The notes under the pieces were generated by a model that did not search any database, had not been told where the DNA came from, and saw only the letters and a program-made list of their open reading frames with translations. Both the position numbers and the translations under genes were made by a program. DNA of 50,582 bases from Gammaproteobacteria bacterium (GTDB lineage Bacteria; Pseudomonadota; Gammaproteobacteria; HK1), in assembly GCA_041589735.1 (NCBI GenBank), contig JBFHVA010000001.1, positions 1 to 50,582 of the forward strand, given 5' to 3'. Each line of letters begins with the position of its first letter. Position 1 is the stretch's first letter. This document shows, piece after piece, positions 29,041 to 37,960 of this stretch.

Positions 29041-29808
29041 TCAGGGCATGTACATGCCGCCATTGACGTGAATCGCCTGACCGGTGACGAAGGCGCCGCT
29101 GGGCATGCACAATGCCAGCACAATGGCCGCAACCTCTTCGAAGGTGCCCATGCGGCCTACCAGGGGTCCGCGTCCGCCCACCAGCGGCGGCGACTCGCCG
29201 GCGGACTTCGGCCGCTCGCCGCCGATTTTTCCCGGGACCACGCAGTTTACGGTGACGCCTTTTTCCGCGAATTCCACCGCCAGCGACTTGGTCAGTCCCA
29301 CCAGCCCCGCCTTGGCGGTGGCCACGTGGGCTCGATTTACCGCGCCCGCGTGCCCCGATACCCCGCCGATGTTGACGATACGTCCTCCGCCCGCCGCGAC
29401 CATGTGCGGCAGCGCCGCGCGGGAACACAAAAACGCTCCGTCAAGAACGATTGAGATGATGGAATGCCATTGCTCGTAGCTGATATCGAGAAAGGGCGAC
29501 TGGGCGCGGTTGGCGGCGTTGTTGATGAGAATATCCAGCCTTCCGAAGCGTGAAACCACCGCCTCGATCATGTTCTCTACCGCTTTTTCGTCGGTGATGT
29601 CGGCCAGGTGTACCATGGCGCCGACGCCCAGATTTTCAATCTCGGCTGCGGTCGCCTCGGCCTCCTGTTGAGAGGACCGCGCATTGATGACGATATTCGC
29701 GCCCTCACCGGCCAACGCCTGCGCCGTGGCGCGGCCGTTTCGGCGCACCGCACCGGTGAGCAGCGCAACTTTGCCTTCAAGCTGTTTGGTTGGTTCGGAC
29801 ATTTTCAA
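29041..29808 (-). CDS. FabG-like SDR family protein lacking the canonical Ser/Tyr
   Basis: Colinear with E. coli FabG (ends HVNGGMYMP). It has TGAVRRNGRA and NIGGVSGHAGAVNRAHVATAK where FabG has [21 protein letters not shown]. Confidence 0.85.
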   Translation of the reverse strand: MKMSEPTKQLEGKVALLTGAVRRNGRATAQALAGEGANIVINARSSQQEAEATAAEIENLGVGAMVHLADITDEKAVENMIEAVVSRFGRLDILINNAANRAQSPFLDISYEQWHSIISIVLDGAFLCSRAALPHMVAAGGGRIVNIGGVSGHAGAVNRAHVATAKAGLVGLTKSLAVEFAEKGVTVNCVVPGKIGGERPKSAGESPPLVGGRGPLVGRMGTFEEVAAIVLALCMPSGAFVTGQAIHVNGGMYMP

Positions 29809-29898
29809 TACTCGCTTACACGCCAGTTAGGGTGATTGAAGTCCGGACGCTAGCCCAGAACGTCGATCAATAGCACGATTCGGTTAATCCCCGTATTT

Positions 29899-30612
29899 CT
29901 AAAGTTCACCTTGATCCGGTTCCGACACTCTGGTCACCACGGCTTTTTGTGGTGCCAGCAGCCAGGACATGAAGGCGACGGCGAGCAGGGCGCCGACGCA
30001 TTCGGCGACGATGAATCCCGGAGCGTCGATGGGGCGGATGCCTGTGAAAGTGTCGGTGAAGGACCGCGCCACGGTGACTGCGGGGTTGGCGAAAGAGGTG
30101 GATGCGGTAAACCAGTATCCTGCAGAAATAAAAAGCCCCACCGCATACGCCACTGCTTCCGGCCGCCAGCGCAGCGTCCCGAGTATGGTCGCCACCAGAC
30201 CGAAGGTGGCAATGCTCTCGGAAAACCATTGCGCCGGTCCTTCGCGGGGATTGAGAGAAATCTGCAGAACGCTCTCCTCGAACATGAGGTGCGCCGCGGC
30301 GACGCCAATGAGTCCGCCCGCCACTTGTACGCTCATATAAAGCAGGGCGTCGACCGGCGGCAACTCCCGGCGGGCAAAAAAGGCGAGGCTGACAGCGGGA
30401 TTGAAGTGCGCGCCCGAGACCGGGGCGAACACAAGAATCAGGACCACGAGAATGGCGCCGGTCGGTAGGGTGTTGCCGAGCAGAGCCAGGGCGACGTTTC
30501 CTCCCGCCAGGCGCTCCGCCATGATCCCCGAGCCCACCACGGTGGCCAGTAGACCCGTCGTGCCAACAAACTCCGCCGCAAGCCTTCGCGACAGCTCCGG
30601 CGCGGAGGTCAT
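29899..30612 (-). CDS. MIP/aquaporin-family channel
   Basis: Two NPA boxes (SGAHFNPAVS, SFANPAVT) and six TM helices. ATG 30612 overlaps the aldolase stop (ATGA); ATG 30621 is an alternative. Confidence 0.85.
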   Translation of the reverse strand: MTSAPELSRRLAAEFVGTTGLLATVVGSGIMAERLAGGNVALALLGNTLPTGAILVVLILVFAPVSGAHFNPAVSLAFFARRELPPVDALLYMSVQVAGGLIGVAAAHLMFEESVLQISLNPREGPAQWFSESIATFGLVATILGTLRWRPEAVAYAVGLFISAGYWFTASTSFANPAVTVARSFTDTFTGIRPIDAPGFIVAECVGALLAVAFMSWLLAPQKAVVTRVSEPDQGEL

Positions 30613-31394
30613 GCGACGCATTCCGGAGTTTCCCGCAGCACCTGTCGCGCGTAATAGCCGAACGATGCGTTGACGTGCTTTTCCTGATGCCGATAGTCGT
30701 GGGCCTCTTTTGCAAGCCTCGGATCGATTGCCCTAATTTCTCCCGCCGAGCGCGCCAGTAGATGAAGCCTGGCGGCGTGCTCCATGGTGATTGCAAGCAC
30801 CGCCGCGCGCTCCACCGTGTCGCATGCCACCAGCTGTCCGTGGTGCGCCAGCAGGATGGCGCGCCTGTTTGTTCCCAGCGCTTCGGAAATCAGGCGTCCC
30901 TCTTCGTCCGCCACCGGCACGCCCGGCCATTGGGGCAGAAAGGCCACCTCATCATGCAGCGGCGTGGTGTCCATGTGGGCGATCGCCAGCGTCTCGCCGA
31001 TCATGGAGAGCGCTGAGCAAAAAGGTGGATGGGTATGGACAATGCAGTTGACATCGGGTCGCGCGCGGTAGACCCAGATGTGAAATCGGGTTGCCGGATT
31101 GGGCATGCCGTCGCCGTCCAGGGGTTTCAGATCTTCGTCACATAGGATCAGATTGCTAGCGGTGATTTCGTCAAAGCCGAGCCCGAGACGGATAGTCAGG
31201 AAGACACCCGGTTCATCGGTGCGCGCGGTAATCTGACCCGCCAGGCCCGAGGCGTGTCCTTCCCGCGCCAGAATGCGGCAGGTAAGCGCAAGCTTCTGTT
31301 TCAGCGTCCACTCTTCGGCGGACAGATACTTGTCCATCTCCGCGCTGATGCGGGCGAGATATTCCTGTTTGCTGGGTTTTTGAGACTCGCTCAT
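30609..31394 (-). CDS. class II aldolase/adducin family protein
   Basis: LAREGHASGLAGQITAR...NCIVHTHPP...LLAHHGQLV (His ligands). Length is 261 aa. Confidence 0.85.
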   Translation of the reverse strand: MSESQKPSKQEYLARISAEMDKYLSAEEWTLKQKLALTCRILAREGHASGLAGQITARTDEPGVFLTIRLGLGFDEITASNLILCDEDLKPLDGDGMPNPATRFHIWVYRARPDVNCIVHTHPPFCSALSMIGETLAIAHMDTTPLHDEVAFLPQWPGVPVADEEGRLISEALGTNRRAILLAHHGQLVACDTVERAAVLAITMEHAARLHLLARSAGEIRAIDPRLAKEAHDYRHQEKHVNASFGYYARQVLRETPECVA

Positions 31395-31472
31395 GCTGAA
31401 GTGCTAGTCGAGATCAGTAATCCTTCATGAGTGAGGGCACCGGATAAGACAGATCATCTATGGTCGGGTCGA

Positions 31473-32045
31473 TCATGGAGTCGGCCCCTCTGCGTTTTGC
31501 CGCTTTTGTAACCACCACCAGATTGTCCAGGCGACGAGGCCTCCGCAGCCAAGAACTCCCAGAATCCACATCTCGTAGAGTTCGATGTCGGCAAGAAAAA
31601 GGGTCACGGTTTTTCCCAAGACGTAGCCCGCCACGCCCACCGCGATCGCCCAAACGGAGGCGCCGATGACATTCAGAACCAGGAATCGCAAGGGCGCGAC
31701 CTTGCTCGCGCCAATGAGGAATGGAACGACGGTGCGTACTCCGTAAAGGAAACGGAAGCCGAGCACGACAAGTGTTTGGTGGCGACGAAGAAGTCGGCGA
31801 ACCCGAGCCGATTTTCTCTTCCATCGAGGACGTTTTTCCAGAAACTCAACGCCTTTGAAGCGCCCCAGATAAAAGTACATTTGATCACCGCAAAGGGTGC
31901 CGAAAAAAGCCGCGGTGATAACCCAGGGCAGCTCCAGATAGGTACGATGCGCCAAAAACCCTCCGACCACGAGGATGGTTTCACCTTCGAAAAACGTGCC
32001 GATGAAAATTGCCGCGTAACCAAAATTACGGATGAACTCTTCCAT
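31473..32045 (-). CDS. DedA family membrane protein
   Basis: FGYAAIFIGTFFEGETILVVGGFLA...GDQMYFYLGR is a typical DedA/SNARE-associated pattern. Confidence 0.85.
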   Translation of the reverse strand: MEEFIRNFGYAAIFIGTFFEGETILVVGGFLAHRTYLELPWVITAAFFGTLCGDQMYFYLGRFKGVEFLEKRPRWKRKSARVRRLLRRHQTLVVLGFRFLYGVRTVVPFLIGASKVAPLRFLVLNVIGASVWAIAVGVAGYVLGKTVTLFLADIELYEMWILGVLGCGGLVAWTIWWWLQKRQNAEGPTP

Positions 32046-32195
32046 AAGAACCTTACCGCGCTACCTCTTCTTGCGAAGCCGAGTCCGCCCTATCTATTAC
32101 TAATCACCATTTTGTCAGCCGCCTGATAAGGAATCGCGGCCAAGGTCGCTCCTTCAGCGGGCTTCGCCCAGTTGTCTGTCACGCGTTACCTTTCA

Positions 32196-32939
32196 TTAAG
32201 TTTGCGCGGCACCGTTGGACGCGATCATCTGGCCGCTGACAAAGCCACCTTCGTTCGAGGCGAGAAAGCCGCACAGGGCAGCAATATCCTCAGGCTCCCC
32301 AAGACGTCCGAGAGGGATTTTGGCAAGCTGCGATTCGATGTGGTGGGTCATAGAAGCGTCCCGGTGTTCGGAGCGGATCGGGCCGGGGGAGATGGCATTT
32401 ACGGTGATGCCTTTGGGCCCGAATTCCTTTGCCAGAGATTTGGTCAGCCCCCACAGCCCGTGCTTGGCGACGGATACCGGACAGCGCCCGTCGTAGCCGT
32501 GCATGGCGTTCATGCCCGTGAGGTTGACGATGCGGCCCCAGCCCTGTTCCAGCATCTTCGGCAAAAAAGCGCGACTGGTGTAAAAGGCGCTGTGCAGGTC
32601 AGTAGACAACACCCGGTGCCAGTCCTCGTCTTGAAGTTCCAAAAACGGTTGCTCGGGACGAATCGCGGCATTGTTCACCACCACGTCCACCTTTCCGAAA
32701 GCATCAAGAGCGACCTTCGCAAGCCTGCTGACCGACTTGGAATCGCCGACGTCGGCGAGCATGGCAATGGCTTCCACGCCCAGCTCACGGGCCTCGTCGG
32801 CTACGGCGTCCACCGCTTTCTGGTCCGACCGGCCGTTTACCACCACCTTGTATCCGCGCCGCGCCAGCTCCAGCACGATGGCGCGGCCGATGTTGCGTCC
32901 AGCGCCGGTTACCAGCGCCACATGTTCCATTCCAGCCAC
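32196..32939 (-). CDS. FabG-like SDR family protein lacking the canonical Ser/Tyr (paralogue of 29041-29808)
   Basis: TGAGRNIGRA, NNAAIRP and NLTGMNAMHGYDGRCPVSVAK. In ungapped register with FabG, Gly and Val occupy the Ser and Tyr positions. Confidence 0.85.
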   Translation of the reverse strand: MAGMEHVALVTGAGRNIGRAIVLELARRGYKVVVNGRSDQKAVDAVADEARELGVEAIAMLADVGDSKSVSRLAKVALDAFGKVDVVVNNAAIRPEQPFLELQDEDWHRVLSTDLHSAFYTSRAFLPKMLEQGWGRIVNLTGMNAMHGYDGRCPVSVAKHGLWGLTKSLAKEFGPKGITVNAISPGPIRSEHRDASMTHHIESQLAKIPLGRLGEPEDIAALCGFLASNEGGFVSGQMIASNGAAQT

Positions 32940-33093
32940 AGCTTTCTCCTTAATCGATACAACCCGGGTGACATGCCCGTTGCTCCGGTTACTTTGCCTC
33001 CAGCACCCGATCTGGATACAGTCCGCCCGCGGCCGCCCCTCAGTTCTGCGTCGGGCGGCTCATTGTAGAGAAATTTTTGTCTCACGCGGCGTT

Positions 33094-33891
33094 ATGCAGC
33101 TCATCGACATCGGCGCCAACTTGAGCCACGAATCGTTCCGGCGCGATCTGGGGGCAGTGATCGAGCGCGCTCAGGCGGCGGGAGTGGCCCAGATTGTCAT
33201 CACCGGCGCGAGCGAGGAGGAAAGCGCGGCGGCGAGCGAGATCGCGCGGACGCGCCCGGGAGTGCTGTTCGCCACCGCTGGTTTACACCCGCACCTGGCG
33301 AGAAAATGGCGCCCGGAAACGGAGCGGGTCATTCGCGAATTGGCGGCACGGCCGGAAGTCGTTGCCGTGGGTGAAGCCGGTCTCGATTTCAATCGCGACT
33401 TTTCTCCCAGGGACCAGCAGGCGCAGGTGTTCGAGGCGCAGCTTGAAATTGCGGCCGACCTCGGCCTTCCTGTATTCATGCATGAGCGGGACGCGCATGA
33501 AAAATTCGTCGAGATCTTGAAGCCACGACGAGGTCGTCTCGGCAACGCGGTCATTCATTGTTTTACCGGTACGGCAGACGAGCTCGACGCCTACTTGGAC
33601 CTGGACCTGCACGTCGGCGTCACAGGCTGGATATGTGACGAGCGGCGCGGACAACACCTGCGTGCGCTGGTGACGCGCATACCCCTGAATCGGCTGATGC
33701 TCGAGACCGACGCGCCCTATCTATTGCCCAGGGACCTCAACCCGAAGCCCAAGTCGCGGCGCAACGAACCCATGTACCTGCACCACATCCTGGAAGCCGT
33801 GGCCCGCTGCCGTAAGATGTCGGTGGATGAGCTGGCCTTGGTCACCACGCAAACGTCGAAGACTTTCTTCGGTATTCCCGATCCACCTTGA
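33094..33891 (+). CDS. tatD: TatD family metal-dependent hydrolase/deoxyribonuclease
   Basis: MQLIDIGANLSHESF...TAGLHPH...AVGEAGLDFNRDFSP...VFMHERDAH is colinear with E. coli TatD. Internal ATG of ORF 32671-33891. Confidence 0.9.
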   Translation: MQLIDIGANLSHESFRRDLGAVIERAQAAGVAQIVITGASEEESAAASEIARTRPGVLFATAGLHPHLARKWRPETERVIRELAARPEVVAVGEAGLDFNRDFSPRDQQAQVFEAQLEIAADLGLPVFMHERDAHEKFVEILKPRRGRLGNAVIHCFTGTADELDAYLDLDLHVGVTGWICDERRGQHLRALVTRIPLNRLMLETDAPYLLPRDLNPKPKSRRNEPMYLHHILEAVARCRKMSVDELALVTTQTSKTFFGIPDPP

Positions 33892-33897
33892 GTTAAC

Positions 33898-34299
33898 TCA
33901 GGAGTCGGGCCCGGGGGCCTTTGCGCATGGAAAGCTGCTCTGCAGGATTTCCGCCAGCAGGACGGCCGCTTGGGTTCCGAGCTGACCCGGCTCCTTGGCG
34001 GCAAATTCCAGAAAAACGTCTCGCAGGTCAGTAATGGAAATGCGTGCCGGCATGCACTCGTTGGGCCACGGCGAGATATTGCTGCCGTCGTTGTCGCTGG
34101 CGGAAACATCGGCGATGGCGTGAAAGGCGTCCGAGGCGCCGCGCAGATAGGAGTAGCAGGCCTCGCGGTCGAGGCCTTCGTTTTTGCTGCACCAGGAATT
34201 GAGCAGTTCTCCGGAGACAAAACCCGGAAGCGCCTGCGCGGCGCCAAGCCAGGAGGCTGCAACGACGGCAATACCGGTAAGGATTAGTCGCTTCGTCAT
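33898..34299 (-). CDS. periplasmic Rap1a/Tai4-like immunity-type protein (tentative)
   Basis: ATG 34299. Signal peptide MTKRLILTGIAVVAASWLGAAQA. Pattern G.LL..C.....REACYSYLRGASDAF...ECMPARISITDLRDVFLEF..K.P......AA.LLAEILQSSFPC is as recalled for Rap1a/Tai-family proteins. Confidence 0.5.
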   Translation of the reverse strand: MTKRLILTGIAVVAASWLGAAQALPGFVSGELLNSWCSKNEGLDREACYSYLRGASDAFHAIADVSASDNDGSNISPWPNECMPARISITDLRDVFLEFAAKEPGQLGTQAAVLLAEILQSSFPCAKAPGPDS

Positions 34300-34481
34300 G
34301 ACCCTAACGCCCGCTGGTGGGAGCTTTCCTTGAAGCGCCGGGTTTTCTGACTCCGGCGTTGCCTCTGAGGCAATCTCGCTGCTTCTCATCTTTAGTGTAG
34401 CGGCATTATTCACGAACCGGCGGCTGCGGATTCGGATTCCCACTTAAGTCGCCGTGCTTCATCCTATACAATGCGCGGCCA

Positions 34482-35978
34482 ATGCGCTGGGTCCATCCAA
34501 TTTTTGCTCTCCCCGGCAATCAGCCGCCGGGTGAAGATTTCACTTCCCGTTCTGGCGCCCACTTCCTGTCGCTAACCGCCTTTCTGATTCTTTTGCTCGG
34601 GTCGGCATTCGCACTTGCCGACGGATTGCCCGAGCCAGTGCGATCAGCGCTCGACGAGGTCGGCATACCGCACAACAGCGTCGGAGTCTTTGTTCAAGAA
34701 GTGGACGATGACGCGCCTCTGATCGACTACAACTCGGACGCGGCAAAAAACCCGGCATCGGTTATGAAGCTTGTCACCACCGCGGCGGCGCTTCATGCGC
34801 TCGGCCCGAACTACCGCTGGAATACGGTGGCTTACGCCGGCGGCCCGCTCAACGGAGATCGACTGGAGGGAGATCTGATACTCAAGGGATTTGGTGATCC
34901 GTTGCTGGATACGGAGGCGTTCTGGACATTTTTGAGACGCTTGCGTGAAAGAGGACTGCGCCACGTCAGCGGCGATCTCGCGATCGATGAGAGTTTTTTC
35001 AAACTTGAGCGTAAAGACCGGGGCGCCTTCGACGGTCGCCCCTATCGCGTATACAACGTTCAGCCGGCCGCTCTTCTCGTGAATTTTCAGGTGTATCGGT
35101 TCCGGTTGCGGCCGGACCGGATAAGTGGCGAGGTTGTGGTGTCCACCGATCCTCCGTCAACGACGGTGAGCATCCACAACGGGCTAAAACTCACCAACGG
35201 GAGATGTCGCAGCGGTAAATATCGGATTCGCATGCAGGTGCTGGAAGGCCTTCCACAGGACACGGTCCGCTTCAGCGGCAACTATCCTTTGAGATGTGGC
35301 TCTCATTCCATGCTGCGCACGGTTTCAAGTCAGGAAACCTATGTCTATGGTGTTTTCAAGGCGCTGTGGAGCAATCTCGGCGGCGAAATCGACGGAGGCG
35401 TGCGAACGGACACCGTGCCGGATTCCGCGCGGAGGTTATTTCGATTCCGATCTCGTCCTCTGGCCGACATCATTCGCCCCATGAACAAGTTCAGCAACAA
35501 TGTCATGACTCGAAACTTATTGCTCACCCTTGGTGCCGAACGTTATGGTGAACCGGGTACGGTGGAGAAAGGACGCGCAGCGATTCGCGATTGGATAAAG
35601 CGAGCAGGCATCGACGACGAAAGCTTGTTTATCGACAACGGCTCCGGTCTCTCGCGTGACGCCCGGGCATCGACCCGGATGTTAGGCGAGATTCTGCTCA
35701 CGGCGTATCGTAGTCCGTACATGCCCGAGTTCATCGCATCCCTTCCTCTCTCCGCGATGGAGGGCACAATGGAAGATCGTTTCAGGGACGACCCCTTGAA
35801 AGGCCGAATGCATATGAAGACCGGGCTCATCGACCACGTGCGGTCCATGGGAGGCTATATGCTCACTCGTAATGGGCGCACCATGGCTATCGTTTTGTTG
35901 CAGAACCATCCAAATGTTCACAGGCGGATCGGCACCAGAGTCCAGGACGCGCTGCTCGAGTGGGTATTCGAGCGCTAA
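34482..35978 (+). CDS. dacB: D-alanyl-D-alanine carboxypeptidase/endopeptidase PBP4 (peptidase S13)
   Basis: NPASVMKLVTTAAAL (SxxK), FSNNVM (SxN) and HMKTGL (KTG). About 498 aa. Confidence 0.9.
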   Translation: MRWVHPIFALPGNQPPGEDFTSRSGAHFLSLTAFLILLLGSAFALADGLPEPVRSALDEVGIPHNSVGVFVQEVDDDAPLIDYNSDAAKNPASVMKLVTTAAALHALGPNYRWNTVAYAGGPLNGDRLEGDLILKGFGDPLLDTEAFWTFLRRLRERGLRHVSGDLAIDESFFKLERKDRGAFDGRPYRVYNVQPAALLVNFQVYRFRLRPDRISGEVVVSTDPPSTTVSIHNGLKLTNGRCRSGKYRIRMQVLEGLPQDTVRFSGNYPLRCGSHSMLRTVSSQETYVYGVFKALWSNLGGEIDGGVRTDTVPDSARRLFRFRSRPLADIIRPMNKFSNNVMTRNLLLTLGAERYGEPGTVEKGRAAIRDWIKRAGIDDESLFIDNGSGLSRDARASTRMLGEILLTAYRSPYMPEFIASLPLSAMEGTMEDRFRDDPLKGRMHMKTGLIDHVRSMGGYMLTRNGRTMAIVLLQNHPNVHRRIGTRVQDALLEWVFER

Positions 35979-36040
35979 CAGTTATCTTGATCGAATAAGG
36001 GTCATAAAAGTAATTTGCAGGACATTTTCAAGGCGAGACG

Positions 36041-36907
36041 ATGAAAGAATCACGGGTGCTTGAGGTTCAAATGCTGAGCGTTGATTTCAGCGGACAGGAA
36101 GGCAGCGTGCGCGCCGTGAGTGACGCGGCTTTTCACATCGATGCCGGTGAAACCCTGGCGCTGGTTGGTGAGTCAGGATCGGGAAAGTCGGTAACAGCGC
36201 TGTCTCTCACGCGTCTCATTGAGTACGAAGGCGGCAGGATTGTCAGTGGGCGCATCACGCTGAGAAGACGGGACGGGAGCACTATCGATGTCATGTCGTC
36301 GCCGCTGCAGGTGCTCCGCTCTATTCGCGGTCACGACGTGGCGTACATTTTTCAGGATCCCATGACCTCGCTCAATCCCGTATACACCATCGGCCAACAA
36401 ATCGGCGAGGCGATTCGGCTTCATCAGCGAAAGCAGCCTGGGGAAACGCGACAGCTCGCGCTGGAAATGCTCGAGCGGGCTCGTATTCCGGACGCCGCGG
36501 CGCAGCTCGGACGCTATCCGCATCAGCTATCAGGCGGCATGCGCCAGCGGGCGATGATCGCCATGGCGTTGTGCTCGCGCCCGGCACTTCTGGTGGCGGA
36601 CGAGCCCACGACGGCGCTGGATGTCACCATTCAGGCTCAGATCCTCGACCTCATCCGCCTGCTCCAGGAGGATATGAACATGGCGGTGCTGTTCATCACT
36701 CACGACATGGGGGTGGTCGCCCAGGTGGCCGACCGAGTGGCGGTTATGCGCAGGGGCAGAGTGTTGGAATGCGATGTCGTCGAGACCATTTTCGAAAAAC
36801 CGGCGGAGGCTTATACGCGCGCCCTTTTGAACTCCATTCCGCGACTCGGATCCATGAGTGGAAAACCCGGGCCAAAGAAATTTCCCGAGAGCAGTGCGCC
36901 GGCTTGA
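36041..36907 (+). CDS. ABC transporter ATP-binding protein, DppD/OppD type
   Basis: Walker A GESGSGKS, signature LSGGMRQR, Walker [13 protein letters not shown], plus the oligopeptide-type C-terminal tail. Confidence 0.9.
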   Translation: MKESRVLEVQMLSVDFSGQEGSVRAVSDAAFHIDAGETLALVGESGSGKSVTALSLTRLIEYEGGRIVSGRITLRRRDGSTIDVMSSPLQVLRSIRGHDVAYIFQDPMTSLNPVYTIGQQIGEAIRLHQRKQPGETRQLALEMLERARIPDAAAQLGRYPHQLSGGMRQRAMIAMALCSRPALLVADEPTTALDVTIQAQILDLIRLLQEDMNMAVLFITHDMGVVAQVADRVAVMRRGRVLECDVVETIFEKPAEAYTRALLNSIPRLGSMSGKPGPKKFPESSAPA

Positions 36908-36923
36908 GCGGAGCTTGATTTCG

Positions 36924-37886
36924 ATGCCGTTGGAAACAGGTGAAACATTGGACGAAGACGGAAAGGTTCTGCTCGACGTTCGTAACCTCACGGTGCGATA
37001 CGATGTGGGCAAGGTGATGCTCGGCAGGCCCAGGGCCCGCATTTACGCGGTAGATGATGTGAGCTTCCGGATCAACGCGGGAGAGACCCTTGCACTTGTA
37101 GGCGAAAGCGGCTGCGGGAAGTCCACCATCGGCAAGACCCTGCTGGGACTGACCAGGCCGTTGCGCGGCGAAGTGCTGTTTGAGGGCAAGCGTATCAACG
37201 GCCTGGGACGTGCCTCGATGAAGCCCGTGCGCCGCAACCTGCAGATGATTTTCCAGGACGCGTTTGCATCCCTCAATCCCCGCATGCGCGTGGGAAACGC
37301 CATCGGCGAGCCTCTGGTAATCCACGGCATCGAGCGGGGTAACGCTCGGAACATGCGGGTGCACGCTCTGATGGATCGGGTGGGTCTGGAATCCGCGCAC
37401 CTAAGGCGCTATCCGCATCAGCTCTCGGGCGGTCAGCGCCAGCGCGTTTGTATCGCCCGCGCGATAGCGCTCAATCCCAGGCTCGTTATCGCAGACGAAG
37501 CGGTATCGGCACTGGATGTGACGATCAAGTCCAAGATCATCAATCTGCTATTGGATCTTCAGCGGGAAATGGGCCTCGCATACCTTTTCATTTCGCACGA
37601 CATGGCGGTGGTGGAGCGCATCAGTCATAGAGTCGCGGTCATGTATCTCGGGCGTATCGTCGAGATCGGCTCGCGCCAGCAGGTTTTCGAGCGGCCGGCC
37701 CACGAATATACCCGCAAGCTGCTCGACGCCGTGCCGGTGGCCGATCCCAAGGCCAGGCGGCCGTTGACCCACCTGGAAACCGAAGAGCTTCCGAGCCCAC
37801 TGCGGCCGCCCGGCTACGAGCCGGAGCCGGTACGCTACGAGGAAGTGTCTCCCGGCCACATGGTGGCCTTAAACAGCGGTGTCTAA
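36924..37886 (+). CDS. ABC transporter ATP-binding protein, DppF/OppF type
   Basis: ATG 36924 lies 16 nt after the upstream stop, with GGAG 10 nt upstream. GESGCGKST, LSGGQRQR and LVIADEAVSALD are present. Confidence 0.9.
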   Translation: MPLETGETLDEDGKVLLDVRNLTVRYDVGKVMLGRPRARIYAVDDVSFRINAGETLALVGESGCGKSTIGKTLLGLTRPLRGEVLFEGKRINGLGRASMKPVRRNLQMIFQDAFASLNPRMRVGNAIGEPLVIHGIERGNARNMRVHALMDRVGLESAHLRRYPHQLSGGQRQRVCIARAIALNPRLVIADEAVSALDVTIKSKIINLLLDLQREMGLAYLFISHDMAVVERISHRVAVMYLGRIVEIGSRQQVFERPAHEYTRKLLDAVPVADPKARRPLTHLETEELPSPLRPPGYEPEPVRYEEVSPGHMVALNSGV

Positions 37887-37960
37887 GTACGAGCGGCGCT
37901 GATCTCGGGCGCGGAAACGTGTAGGGTGATCCGGGCATTTAACACCCGTCAGAGTCCGAC

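Noticed and set aside
36858-36926. The two ABC ATPase ORFs as one frameshifted fused GsiA/YejF-type gene
   Set aside because: The first ORF ends after a complete Opp-type C-terminal tail. The second has its own ATG (36924) with GGAG 10 nt upstream and a normal N-terminus. Two separate genes are the simpler reading.
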